Assembly (NCBI GenBank): GCA_050331235.1
Contig: JBHJHA010000005.1
Location: 1 to 64,000 of the forward strand
Length of the DNA: 64,000 nt
Reading direction: 5' to 3'
From: Leptolyngbyaceae cyanobacterium
Lineage (GTDB): Bacteria; Cyanobacteriota; Cyanobacteriia; Phormidesmidales; Phormidesmidaceae
Shown here: positions 10,796 to 20,524 of the stretch, in pieces
Layout of the letters: every line of letters begins with the position of its first letter
Numbering within the stretch: the first letter of the stretch is position 1
Made by a program: the position numbers and the translations under genes
Notes under the pieces: model-generated
Databases searched by the model: none
What the model was told of the DNA's origin: nothing
Seen by the model: only the letters and a program-made list of their open reading frames with translations

Positions 10796-12283
10796 TCAAC
10801 GGCGGTAGGGTTCCAGGTATTGCAGTAGCCCCCGGGTAATTGCCTGGGCCATCCGTTCTTGCCAAGCCGGATCACGCAGCTTCACCACATCCTCGGCCCC
10901 AGTGACAAAGCCCAATTCTAAGAGTGCTGCGGGCATTGCCGTATTTCGCAGCACATAAAAGCGAGCCTGTTTGACGCCGCGGTTGCCGAGGCCAGAGGCA
11001 GGCAACACATTCGCGTGGATGATATTCGCGAGCTGCCGTCCCGTTTCCGAGTAGTAGTAAGTCTCAATGCCATTGACGTCAGGTCGACTCAGGCTGATGG
11101 CATTGGCATGGATGCTCAAAAAGACAGTGGCGTTGGCATTGTTGGCGATGGTGACTCGCGGTTCTAAATCGAGGGTGATGTCTGAATTGCGGGTCATCAC
11201 CACGTTGACCCCCGCCTCGCGTAGCAGCTCTGCTACCCGCAGCGATACTGGAAAGGCCACGGTCTTTTCTTGCAGGCCGCCGATGCCTACGGCTCCCGGA
11301 TCGCGGCCACCATGGCCCGGATCGATCGCCACAATCACCTGGCCGTTATTGACCTGCGGCGGCGAAACCGGCAGTTGCGGTTGGGGGGGAATCGTTGGTT
11401 GAGGATTGCGGGGCGGTTGCTGAGATCCGGGCGGGACAGCGATCGCCTGACTCGGTTGGGATGGTACATCGGGAATGGAATCGATCGCCACGCCACTGGG
11501 GGGCACAATCACGATGCCGGTTTGGCTACCAACGCTAGTGGGCGTTACCTCCCAATCAGGACTGTTGGGCGCCAGGGTCATCACCACCCGGGTCGTCGAA
11601 CTTTGGGAATCTTGGGCGATGTCCCAACGGGTCACGCTGTAGCGGTTATTGGGTAAAGCTTCTGCCTTGAGAAATGGCGAAATCGAACTGTTGAAGAGGT
11701 CAATGATGATTTGCCGCTCTTGGCCCGATTCGCCTCGCCGCTCCAGGTTGATCGTCGGAATCTGGCCGCTCGTGCGAATAAAAAAGCCATCTGGCGTTGC
11801 CACGACTCCAGATAAATAGGTGGTCGCCCTATTGTTAGCATCGCCTGTGACGGAGTTGCCACTGTTAGCCGCTGGAGCAGCACCGGATTGTTCCGGTCGG
11901 GGTAGCTGTACCACCCACTGTGTGCTGCTCACTCCCCGGACTTCTACAGCCCTGGGGTCTAGGGTATAGCCGGGTGCCAGCTCCACCACTAGCCGCGCGG
12001 TTTGGGAGTCAAACTGGCCCGAGCGCACTTCGCGAATGGCCCCACCAATGGCTTGACGACGAGAAGCCCGGCCTAACGTTGTCCCGGGCAAATCAATGAC
12101 GACTCGGGTGGGATTGAAAATCATCTGTGCCCGGGGACGAATCGGCGCGTCCGTAGTGAATACCAGTTGGTTTTCTTGGGCGTTAAACCACCACGATCGC
12201 ACCTGAGCGGCCTCGGCTGGCAGCGTCATTACTAACGCACTCGTCATCGCTAGCCCAGTTGGAATTAGCCAATCAAATCTCAA
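10796..12283 (-). CDS. amiC: N-acetylmuramoyl-L-alanine amidase with AMIN domain(s)
   Basis: Signal peptide, AMIN-like PTRVVIDLP, catalytic IDPGHGGRDPGA, SIHAN, LLELGF. Confidence 0.92.
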   Translation of the reverse strand: MRFDWLIPTGLAMTSALVMTLPAEAAQVRSWWFNAQENQLVFTTDAPIRPRAQMIFNPTRVVIDLPGTTLGRASRRQAIGGAIREVRSGQFDSQTARLVVELAPGYTLDPRAVEVRGVSSTQWVVQLPRPEQSGAAPAANSGNSVTGDANNRATTYLSGVVATPDGFFIRTSGQIPTINLERRGESGQERQIIIDLFNSSISPFLKAEALPNNRYSVTRWDIAQDSQSSTTRVVMTLAPNSPDWEVTPTSVGSQTGIVIVPPSGVAIDSIPDVPSQPSQAIAVPPGSQQPPRNPQPTIPPQPQLPVSPPQVNNGQVIVAIDPGHGGRDPGAVGIGGLQEKTVAFPVSLRVAELLREAGVNVVMTRNSDITLDLEPRVTIANNANATVFLSIHANAISLSRPDVNGIETYYYSETGRQLANIIHANVLPASGLGNRGVKQARFYVLRNTAMPAALLELGFVTGAEDVVKLRDPAWQERMAQAITRGLLQYLEPYRR

Positions 12284-12482
12284 ACTGATGTCTCCCCTCA
12301 GACAACTGCGTAGTTTTGATGACGCTTTATGGACGCATCTGTGCCAAGCATGGCTGGCAATTTCGCAAGTCTTGCACCTTGCGGCTTCAAAGTCTAGCGC
12401 AGGAAATTTGCGTCAGGTATGACGAAGACAAAAATTTCCGCAATATCACTGGGTTAGCAACGCAAAACGACTGGGCGCACTA

Positions 12483-13934
12483 TTGACAGAAATTCTCTTA
12501 CATCAGGTTGTGCATCTAAACTTTCAGAAATATCGCTGGGGCATCCCCTTGGTCGGCGCACTGCTGCTGGTATTGGCCGTGCATCACTGGCTCACCGGCG
12601 CAGCTAGGCCGGCGCTTGTACCCGCGCTACCCCAAGATCCCTACATTCAGGTTTACTTTAATCAGTCCCAGGCTCGGGCTTACACTGACCCCTATCGCCA
12701 GATTCGCCGCCATGGTGATGATTTAGAGGCAATCATTCTGGAGGCGATCGCCACAGCCAATACTTCCATTGATGTTGCGGTTCAGGAAATCAACTTGCCC
12801 CAGGTGGCGCTGGCATTGCGCGATCGCGCCCAGGCGGGTATCCAGGTGCGGGTCATCGTGGAAAATCAGTACAACCGCGTTTGGCAGCCGCTGAACGAGT
12901 TTCAGTCCAGCCGGATGGACGAATATCAACAGTCCAAACACTCAGAAAAACAGTTACTGATCGCCGCCAATGGCAATGGCAAAATCACCGCTGAGGAACT
13001 GGAACAGCGGGACGCTATCCGCATTTTGACCCGAGGCAACGTGCCTCTGCTGGATGACACCGCTGATGGCTCTAAGGGGAGTGGTTTGATGCACCATAAA
13101 TTTATGGTGGTCGATGGCCGCACGGTGCTACTCGGGTCTGCGAACTGGACGACTTCTGGTGTGCATGGCGATTTTGCGACCGAAGCTAGTCGCGGCAACG
13201 CCAACGCGCTCCTGAAAATCAATAGTCCCGAGCTGGCTAGGGTGTTAGAAGCGGAATTTGAGTTGATGTGGGGGGATGGACCTAAGGGCAAGCCTGACAG
13301 TGTATTTGGCCTACAGAAGCCAGCGCGATCGCCCCGTCGGGTCAGCCTGCCAGGCTCTCAAGTCACGGTGCAGTTCTCTCCCAGTTCCAAAACGGAGCCG
13401 TGGAGCCACAGCGTTAACGGCCTGATTAGTCAAACTCTGACAAACGCTACCGGCACGATTGATCTGGCGCTGTTTGTTTTTTCTGACCAGGGTATTAGCG
13501 ATCGCCTAGCCCAACAATCTCAGGCCGGCGTTACTGTGCAAGCTCTGATTGACCGCAACTTTGTATACCGCAGCTACAGCGAAGCTTTGGACATGCTCGG
13601 CACCGCTATTCCTGACCACCGCTGCAAATATGAAGCTAACAATCGCCCGTGGCCCCAGCCTATTGCCCAGGTCGGGACGCCCAACTTGCCCGAAGGCGAC
13701 AAGCTACACCACAAATTTGCTCTCATCGATAACCACACTGTCATTATCGGTTCCCACAACTGGAGCGCCGCCGCCAACCATACCAACGATGAAGATCTAC
13801 TCATTATTCGCAACCCTACTGTCGCCGCCCACTTTCGCCGGGAGTTCGATCGCCTCGCCGCCGATGCTGAGATGGGCCTTACCCGAGACTTGCAAAACAA
13901 GATTCAGCGGCAGCGCAAGCAATGCGGCGGGTAG
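12483..13934 (+). CDS. Phospholipase D-family protein with two HKD motifs (resembles the cyanobacterial ComA-type competence nuclease)
   Basis: HHKFMVVD...GSANW and HHKFALID...GSHNW motifs; N-terminal membrane anchor; start codon uncertain. Confidence 0.85.
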   Translation: MTEILLHQVVHLNFQKYRWGIPLVGALLLVLAVHHWLTGAARPALVPALPQDPYIQVYFNQSQARAYTDPYRQIRRHGDDLEAIILEAIATANTSIDVAVQEINLPQVALALRDRAQAGIQVRVIVENQYNRVWQPLNEFQSSRMDEYQQSKHSEKQLLIAANGNGKITAEELEQRDAIRILTRGNVPLLDDTADGSKGSGLMHHKFMVVDGRTVLLGSANWTTSGVHGDFATEASRGNANALLKINSPELARVLEAEFELMWGDGPKGKPDSVFGLQKPARSPRRVSLPGSQVTVQFSPSSKTEPWSHSVNGLISQTLTNATGTIDLALFVFSDQGISDRLAQQSQAGVTVQALIDRNFVYRSYSEALDMLGTAIPDHRCKYEANNRPWPQPIAQVGTPNLPEGDKLHHKFALIDNHTVIIGSHNWSAAANHTNDEDLLIIRNPTVAAHFRREFDRLAADAEMGLTRDLQNKIQRQRKQCGG

Positions 13935-14053
13935 TCTGTCAGGCTAAACTGTAATAGTATTATTCTCCACTTAAAGGTGGTTTGAGCCCTGCTGCACCCT
14001 ATGTGGGCAGCATTTCGTTGACTAGCAGCCTTGACCACAGAGTAGAAAACACG

Positions 14054-14551
14054 ATGGTAACTAGCAAAGCCAGCTCGACAAATATGCCACCTTCAAACGA
14101 GGCAGCTATTTCACAGGTTCAACAGCACCCTTCTCAAGCCTTGGCGAAGGCTGGATACGAACTCTTGAACGCTGAAGCACTGTCAGACTTTGTGGCCCAG
14201 CATTCAGAACTTATCGATATCCTGGTGCAAGCCTACACACCGCTTACGGCATTTTTTGATGGAGCCAAACTTCAACTAGAGTATCGTCAAGACCCCGAGA
14301 TTCCTGATTGGGAAATGGTGTGGATTGCTGTGGTTGTCGAAATTCCCGATAGCCAAGCAGAGGCTGAAGCGATGTTTGAGCACGCTACTCAGCGACTGGA
14401 TGCGTTTGATCAGTTTTGTTGGCTTGAGGTACCGTCTGAAATCAGACAACTTTTAGGGGTAGATCTAAAGTTCCATGCACTTCCAATGGCAGGACTACTT
14501 GACGCTGGCCGAGCAGCTACTACAAGAGCTGCGCAAACCTTACAAAGGTAA
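14054..14551 (+). CDS. Acidic hypothetical protein, candidate antitoxin partner of the downstream HEPN protein
   Basis: ORF overlaps the HEPN gene by 77 bp; LQLEYRQDPE...LDAFDQFCWL pattern; no clear family motif. Confidence 0.6.
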   Translation: MVTSKASSTNMPPSNEAAISQVQQHPSQALAKAGYELLNAEALSDFVAQHSELIDILVQAYTPLTAFFDGAKLQLEYRQDPEIPDWEMVWIAVVVEIPDSQAEAEAMFEHATQRLDAFDQFCWLEVPSEIRQLLGVDLKFHALPMAGLLDAGRAATTRAAQTLQR

Positions 14552-14861
14552 GGAAAAAGCTATTTCTGAGGCGAAAGCCAGATCGTGTATCAGCAGGGCC
14601 TATTACGCCGCTTTTTGCACGGCGAGAAACCAGCTTCAGATTCAAAGTAAAGCGGCTGCGGTACACGGCGAGGTCATCAAGCAACTGAACGATAGCTGTG
14701 ATGCTGACCTGGTGGCAGCCGGTATTTTGTTACAGCGGTTGAGAAGCCAGCGCAACACTGCTGACTATGACAACGACGCCCTAAGCACTTATTTTGCTGA
14801 TGCCCAAAAAGCTCATATTGACGCCGCTCGGGCGATCAAGCTGCTGTCTTGTCAAGCCTAG
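14475..14861 (+). CDS. HEPN domain protein (UPF0332/COG1895-like)
   Basis: FQWQDYLTLAEQL, RSCISRAYYAAF, H...LRSQRNTADY motifs. Confidence 0.8.
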   Translation: MHFQWQDYLTLAEQLLQELRKPYKGKEKAISEAKARSCISRAYYAAFCTARNQLQIQSKAAAVHGEVIKQLNDSCDADLVAAGILLQRLRSQRNTADYDNDALSTYFADAQKAHIDAARAIKLLSCQA

Positions 14862-15047
14862 TTGTGCCGTTGGTTCATCATCGATGCTGACCTGCCCCTT
14901 CTACGGCTTGCCATAGCGCCAGCAGTGGGGCAGTCAATGGAGCCTCATCGGCGGTCAATGCTAACTGCAAGCATCCGCACCATGCCACGGCGTCCGGAGG
15001 GAAACTGTTAATTGTGACTCTGTTTAAGTCTTGGTCTGAGCTGACAG

Positions 15048-15677
15048 TTACTTGGTGCCAAACATGCGATCGCCCGCATCCCCCAACCCTGGCAAGATAT
15101 AGCCGTGCTCATCGAGTCTTTCGTCGATCGCGGCGGTGTAGATCGGCACATCGGGATGTTCCGAATGGAAGTGTTCAATGCCTTCGGGAGCGGCAAGGAG
15201 GCAAACGAATTTAATCGAGTAGGGGCGCGTTTCCTTGAGGCGATAGACTGCCGCCACCGCTGAGTTACCCGTTGCCAACATGGGATCAACCACGAGCATG
15301 TCGCGTTCGGGCACATCTGCCGGCACCTTAAAGTAGTACTCCACTGGGATATGGGTACGCGGGTCACGGTAAAGGCCAATGTGCCCCACTCGAGCCGAGG
15401 GGATGAGCTGGAGCATTCCGTCCAGGATGCCTTGGCCTGCTCGCATGATGGAAATTAACACGAGCTTTTTTCCCGAGAGCACCGGGGCATAGGTTTTGGT
15501 TAGGGGCGTCTCGATTGCCACCTTTTCCACTGGCATATCGCGAGTCACTTCGTAAGCTAGCAGCATGCTGATTTCGCCTAGGAGCTGACGAAACTTCGCG
15601 GTGCTGGTGTCTTTTTGCCGCATGATAGTTAGCTTGTGCTGAATCAGGGGATGGTCGATGAGGATGACAGAGGGCAT
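15048..15677 (-). CDS. upp: Uracil phosphoribosyltransferase
   Basis: [24 protein letters not shown] motif, [12 protein letters not shown]. Confidence 0.97.
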   Translation of the reverse strand: MPSVILIDHPLIQHKLTIMRQKDTSTAKFRQLLGEISMLLAYEVTRDMPVEKVAIETPLTKTYAPVLSGKKLVLISIMRAGQGILDGMLQLIPSARVGHIGLYRDPRTHIPVEYYFKVPADVPERDMLVVDPMLATGNSAVAAVYRLKETRPYSIKFVCLLAAPEGIEHFHSEHPDVPIYTAAIDERLDEHGYILPGLGDAGDRMFGTK

Positions 15678-15735
15678 GGGAATCTAGGGGGTGGGAGAGG
15701 AAATGAGTTCAAAATCGCGCCTGTACGCCGGGCAC

Positions 15736-16968
15736 TCAAAAGACCGTGCCGTCGCTCTGAATGGCAATGGGGGGAGAGCCCGTGGCGCGACGCTGTTTGG
15801 CAATGCGGCGACCAGCGGCCCAGGTGCCTCCTTCTAAGACTTTGATGAGGGGGAGTTCTTCTGGTGTTTTGTGCAGTTTTTGCCGCACGCGATCGCCAAT
15901 CAGGTCAAGCATCACTATGGTCAAAGCGCGCCACTCGACCACAAGGGGTGAGTCGGGCAGATGAGCCTGCTCGGTCACTACTGTCTGCTTGGGAATCAGG
16001 AGCCCTAAATCGACGCAAAGACCTCCGTTGCGATATTCGGCTAGCCCGGTCAAAGCATTCAGATTCACCACTTCTAGCCCAGAAAACTGCAGCGGCTCGA
16101 CTAATGAGTAGGTCAACCACTGAGACAGCTTGTGCAAGGGAACGAGATCGGAGCCGGGAGCCGTTTGGGGCAGCGCCGGATGGGGCCAGACATCGCCCAG
16201 ATTGGTATCGGCGATCGCCGTTCGGCCGGGCCAGATGTCGCCAAAGCTGGCCAGTACCTCTGTGAGCAGTTGTCTCGCATCGAGCACCCCGCCATAAAGC
16301 GCTTGCCAATAGTTCAGCAGGGCACCCGGTCGCGGACAGTCAGCGCCAAATCGTTGGGGTTGGGCCGCTAGCGTTTGCCCTAACTGCTGCAAGAGCGTCA
16401 GCCGTCCTGCAAGGCCAACTAGGGGATTATCGGCACTCACCTGGAAGACCTCTACTAGGTCACGGGTCGTCAGCGCCTGTAATCCCGCGGCATCGACCTG
16501 ATAGGGCGACTCTGGCTGGGAAGAAAACGTCCCGCGCTGAAAGGCGTGGAGGCTCGCGATCGCTAATCCCTCGGAGCGCCCAAGAACTTGGTCGGTCTCT
16601 TGGTCGTAATAGCGCCACAGGCTACCGGCCCCCGCATCAAGCAAAACGCTAACGATAGCTAAGTCCAACTGCGATCGCGCCGCTGCATCAACGGATAGAT
16701 AGCGAAAGCTCTCCTGTAACTGGGCCAAGCGGGGTGTGCCGCCCGCATCAAAATGCCGCCAGCGGCTGTGAAAGGGGATGTCAAATTCGGGATAAAGTTG
16801 CTGTGTGGTCTCGACCACATAATCAGCGACAGCCTCTAAACGGTTGAGGTCACAAGCAAAGTAATCGAGTTTATCCGCCTGGCAAAAGGTAAAGAGTTGC
16901 TGACAGCGATCGCGGATCGCCTGGGGCTCACGCAGATAGGCGATCGTCGCTCTTTCTTCTGGTGTCAT
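15736..16968 (-). CDS. URC4/Urg3 family protein (DUF1688)
   Basis: IPFHSRWRHF, VSVLLDAGAG, RSEGLA, HKLSQWLTYSL, LTGLAEYRNGGL, SDGTVF C-terminus. Confidence 0.9.
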   Translation of the reverse strand: MTPEERATIAYLREPQAIRDRCQQLFTFCQADKLDYFACDLNRLEAVADYVVETTQQLYPEFDIPFHSRWRHFDAGGTPRLAQLQESFRYLSVDAAARSQLDLAIVSVLLDAGAGSLWRYYDQETDQVLGRSEGLAIASLHAFQRGTFSSQPESPYQVDAAGLQALTTRDLVEVFQVSADNPLVGLAGRLTLLQQLGQTLAAQPQRFGADCPRPGALLNYWQALYGGVLDARQLLTEVLASFGDIWPGRTAIADTNLGDVWPHPALPQTAPGSDLVPLHKLSQWLTYSLVEPLQFSGLEVVNLNALTGLAEYRNGGLCVDLGLLIPKQTVVTEQAHLPDSPLVVEWRALTIVMLDLIGDRVRQKLHKTPEELPLIKVLEGGTWAAGRRIAKQRRATGSPPIAIQSDGTVF

Positions 16969-18233
16969 CAGGCATCCTCGTATTGGCGGCCAATGGTCTG
17001 TTCTAGCAGGGCTTCGTCGGGCACGTCCCCCTCGGTATAGTATCCAGCCGCTTTCTTCGCATTGATCTCCACTTGGGCATCGGCTGGAATCAACTCCTCA
17101 GGAATCGTAATGCGTTCGCCAATGGTGATACCCGACTGCGTCACCGCGTCATATTTCAGGTTGCTCATGGAGACAAACTGGTCAATGTGGGTGATGCCCA
17201 GCCAATGCATCACATCGGGCATCAGCTCTTGAAAGCGCATATCCGGCACCCCGGCCACACACTCTGTGCGGGTGAAATAAGTGTCCGCGCGATCGCCGCC
17301 AACCTGACGTTTACGAGCGTTGTATACCAAAAACTTCGTGACTTCTCCCAGAGCGCGCCCTTCTTTGCGGGCATAGATAATCACCCCCGCGCCCCCCGCT
17401 TGGGCGGTGGTAATCGCCACCTCAATGCCGTGCACCAGGTAAGGGCGACAGGTGCAGATGTCAGAGCCAAAGACATCAGAACCGTTGCACTCGTCATGGA
17501 TGCGCACCGCTAAGGGGCGGTCGGGCGCAGCTACCGCTGCCATGTCACCCAAGATGTAGACTGTATGGCCCCCGATGGGCGGTAAAAACACCTCCAAATC
17601 GGGACGGGTTACCAGCTCTGGAAACATGCCTCCGGTTTGCTCGAATAATGTCCGCCGTAACTCACTTTCTTCAACGCGAAAGCGTTTGGCAATGCCGGGC
17701 AAATACCATACCGGCTCAATAGCGGCCTTTGTGACCACCAGTTCGCCATTGGGCTTCAAGATTTTGCCATCCACCAGGAGGCGACCTTGGGCGACCGCCT
17801 CCTGCAGTTCAGGAATATTGATGTGGGCCTTGGTGATGGCGATCGAGGGACGAATGTCGTAGCCCTCAGCCCGTAAGTCGGCAAAGGAATGATGATCCAA
17901 GGCGCCGAAGGGGTCGAGCGCCACGATCTTGTCTGGGTCACTCCAGCTAGAGTGCGGCCCAATCGTCACGGTGGGAGCCGTATCGGTCAAGTCAGCCCGG
18001 TGGTTGGGCTCTAAATCACCACTGGCGATCGCCAGTGCCCGGTAAACGGCGTATCCCCCCGAATGGGTGCCAATGGCATTGCGATGGGCAAGGTTACCTA
18101 GAGTGGCGATTACTGGCCCGCGTCGGGTTGGGTCAGCCTGCCCCCACCGAATCGGATGGGCGGGGTCTCCGTGTTGGGTGGGATGAGACGTTAAAACAAT
18201 GTGCTTGTGGCGAGGCGACTTAGCCGATGTCAT
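16968..18233 (-). CDS. GTP cyclohydrolase II-like protein of URC1/Urg1 type (with N-terminal extension)
   Basis: RNAIGTHSGGY N-domain, RIHDECNGSDVFGSDICTC Zn site, KEGRALGEVTKFLVYNARK. Confidence 0.9.
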   Translation of the reverse strand: MTSAKSPRHKHIVLTSHPTQHGDPAHPIRWGQADPTRRGPVIATLGNLAHRNAIGTHSGGYAVYRALAIASGDLEPNHRADLTDTAPTVTIGPHSSWSDPDKIVALDPFGALDHHSFADLRAEGYDIRPSIAITKAHINIPELQEAVAQGRLLVDGKILKPNGELVVTKAAIEPVWYLPGIAKRFRVEESELRRTLFEQTGGMFPELVTRPDLEVFLPPIGGHTVYILGDMAAVAAPDRPLAVRIHDECNGSDVFGSDICTCRPYLVHGIEVAITTAQAGGAGVIIYARKEGRALGEVTKFLVYNARKRQVGGDRADTYFTRTECVAGVPDMRFQELMPDVMHWLGITHIDQFVSMSNLKYDAVTQSGITIGERITIPEELIPADAQVEINAKKAAGYYTEGDVPDEALLEQTIGRQYEDA

Positions 18234-18874
18234 CGTAGAGTCCCCGAATTTTTCAAAAATATGGATCTATTCAGTCAGCGTAGCCCAGACTGTCCGGTAA
18301 AGGGCAGGTTTCCGTCGAGCTACAGTCGCATCGGGTCAATCCTGTGCAGATTGTCAAGACAGGGATTCAAGGTATCGAGTGAGGGTGCAAGGCATACTTC
18401 ATCAACCTGCGCACCGCTATCCCACCACATTTTGTCCAACGAGTAACTTGGTATGAGTCCCCAGGAGCCCCTATAGAAGCTGCCCAGAGAGCATAGACCG
18501 TGATGCTCCCTGATGGCTAGTTTGGATGAACACGCCGCAACGCTCTATCTTCTCTGACCTCAGCGGCTGCCTCCTCTGTCTCCGGATAGGGGACTCTACA
18601 ACATTGGTTGGATGGCAGCTTGCCTACAGGCAGGCAACCATACTTGTCGAAGCGGAAAAATGATCCAGTGCGCCCCTGTATTTCTGGTCTTGAGCTAATG
18701 ACTGAACAAGATATGCTGATGATACAGATACCAACCGGCCTGCTTTGGTCAGCGGCGGTGAGATTGCGTCGCTGATACTTTTAGAATAGTGGTGTGGCTC
18801 ATTTGCTTTTTAGCTCAGTCGAGGCTCGCCTCTAAGCTTTTCTCCGTATTCTTTTACCCGAGTTGAATGACCTG

Positions 18875-19576
18875 ATGGAAACCATACGTATCGTCATCAT
18901 CGAAGACCATGACTTGACCCGCATGGGGTTGAAGGCTGGTCTCCAGCAGCAGCCACAGATTTCTGTGGTCGGAGAAGCCGCATCCGGCAAAGAGGCCTTA
19001 GCGTTGTTAGACCGTTTGCAGCCAGATGTGGCGATCGTTGATATCGGTCTCCCCGACATTGACGGCATCGAGGTTACGCGACGGTTTAAAGAGGCGACGG
19101 CTAGCGAACAGCCCGCTGGCACCAAAATCTTGATGCTGACGATGCATGATACCGAAGAGTCGGTGATGGCCGCGTTTGCCGCCGGTGCCGATTCCTACAG
19201 CGTCAAAGATGTGGATGTCAAACAGCTTGTGGAAGCGATTCGCCTGACCCACGCTGGGCAGGTATGGATTGATCCGGCGATCGCCCGCATTGTCCTGAGT
19301 CAGGCTAAGCGCATTGCGCCCCCGACAGCCGTGGCGAGTAATGGCGAAAACGCGGAAGACTTTGCCCAGGTGCTAGAGATGTCGCCCCTCACCGAGCGGG
19401 AACTGGAAGTTTTGGAACTCATTGTCGCGGGCTATAGCAATGCGCAAATTGCTGAGGAGCTTTACATCACCGTTGGTACGGTCAAGACCCACGTTTGCAA
19501 CATTCTCAATAAGCTGAGTGCTAGCGACCGGACCCAGGCTGCCGTTCGCGCCTTGAGAACCGGCCTCGTTCGCTAG
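18875..19576 (+). CDS. NarL/LuxR-family two-component response regulator
   Basis: IIEDH and VDIGLP receiver motifs; LTERELEVL...TVKTHV helix-turn-helix. Confidence 0.93.
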   Translation: METIRIVIIEDHDLTRMGLKAGLQQQPQISVVGEAASGKEALALLDRLQPDVAIVDIGLPDIDGIEVTRRFKEATASEQPAGTKILMLTMHDTEESVMAAFAAGADSYSVKDVDVKQLVEAIRLTHAGQVWIDPAIARIVLSQAKRIAPPTAVASNGENAEDFAQVLEMSPLTERELEVLELIVAGYSNAQIAEELYITVGTVKTHVCNILNKLSASDRTQAAVRALRTGLVR

Positions 19577-19673
19577 CAACTCAATCGTTGGGTGGAGTCA
19601 GTGTCCCGCGAATAGGGGATGTTTATTCTCTGCCAAATTGATTTAATGAAAATGTTGAAACGAAAAGGAGTCT

Positions 19674-20213
19674 ATGCGACCCATTAATATCGGATTATCA
19701 GAAGAGCAACGTAGTGCAGTTATTGAACTGCTTAACCGCGATTTGGCAGATGTTTATCTACTCCTCGTCAAAACTCGTAAGTACCACTGGGATGTAGTTG
19801 GTCCTCAGTTTCGGACGATGCATGAACTTTGGCAAGAGCAATACGAAGCGCTCTCCCGCCACGTAGATGATATTGCTGAGCGGACCCGAGCATTAGGCGG
19901 CTATCCTTTAGGTACGGCAGAAGGCTTTTTACGATACGCCTCAATCAAAGAGCATCCTAATGATTTGCCGACCGTAACTGAGATGGTCAAGCGACTACAA
20001 ACCGACTACGAGCAGATTATTCGGAATTTGCGTGATCACATCAAGCAGTGCTCTGAGCGCTACGCTGATGAAGGTACAGCTGATTTCCTAACAGCTCTGA
20101 TGGAAGAATATGAAGAAGCAGCGTGGATGTTGCGCTCTTTCATCGAAGGCGAATCTTTGCAGGGTAGTTCTCGCGATCAAGATCGCGTGGAAAACACACC
20201 CGCTAATGTATAG
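19674..20213 (+). CDS. dps: DNA starvation/stationary-phase protection protein (Dps)
   Basis: KYHWDVVGPQFRTMHEL, DDIAER, DEGTADFL, WMLRS; AGGAG RBS. Confidence 0.93.
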   Translation: MRPINIGLSEEQRSAVIELLNRDLADVYLLLVKTRKYHWDVVGPQFRTMHELWQEQYEALSRHVDDIAERTRALGGYPLGTAEGFLRYASIKEHPNDLPTVTEMVKRLQTDYEQIIRNLRDHIKQCSERYADEGTADFLTALMEEYEEAAWMLRSFIEGESLQGSSRDQDRVENTPANV

Positions 20214-20254
20214 CCCATAAGCGATCGCCGTGTATCTAACGGCCTAGCTTAAAT

Positions 20255-20297
20255 AGCATTGAGAGCGAAAGTGCTTTGTGCTTTCGCTCCCAATGCT
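20255..20297 (+). terminator. Stem-loop terminator after dps
   Basis: AGCATTGAGAGCGAAAG...CTTTCGCTCCCAATGCT followed by a short T-run. Confidence 0.6.
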
Positions 20298-20524
20298 TTC
20301 AACGGTAAATGCATCAATCAATACCAAAGACAATTCATCTACGTGTAGTATTCGCATCCTATGAATTGCTTCTGGTATCAATTGCTTCTGGCAATGTTTT
20401 TCGTGAACGTTTTGAACCCCACATATCTTTAACTACATAGCATCAAATCATTCTCCAGAAAGATGCTTTACTGTAAAGATTTTTAGATCATTTAAATACT
20501 CCATAGACATCCTTACCACGCTTT

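Noticed and set aside
16968..18233. Calling this gene ribA
   Set aside because: The N-terminal extension and linkage to URC4 and upp indicate the URC1 subfamily.
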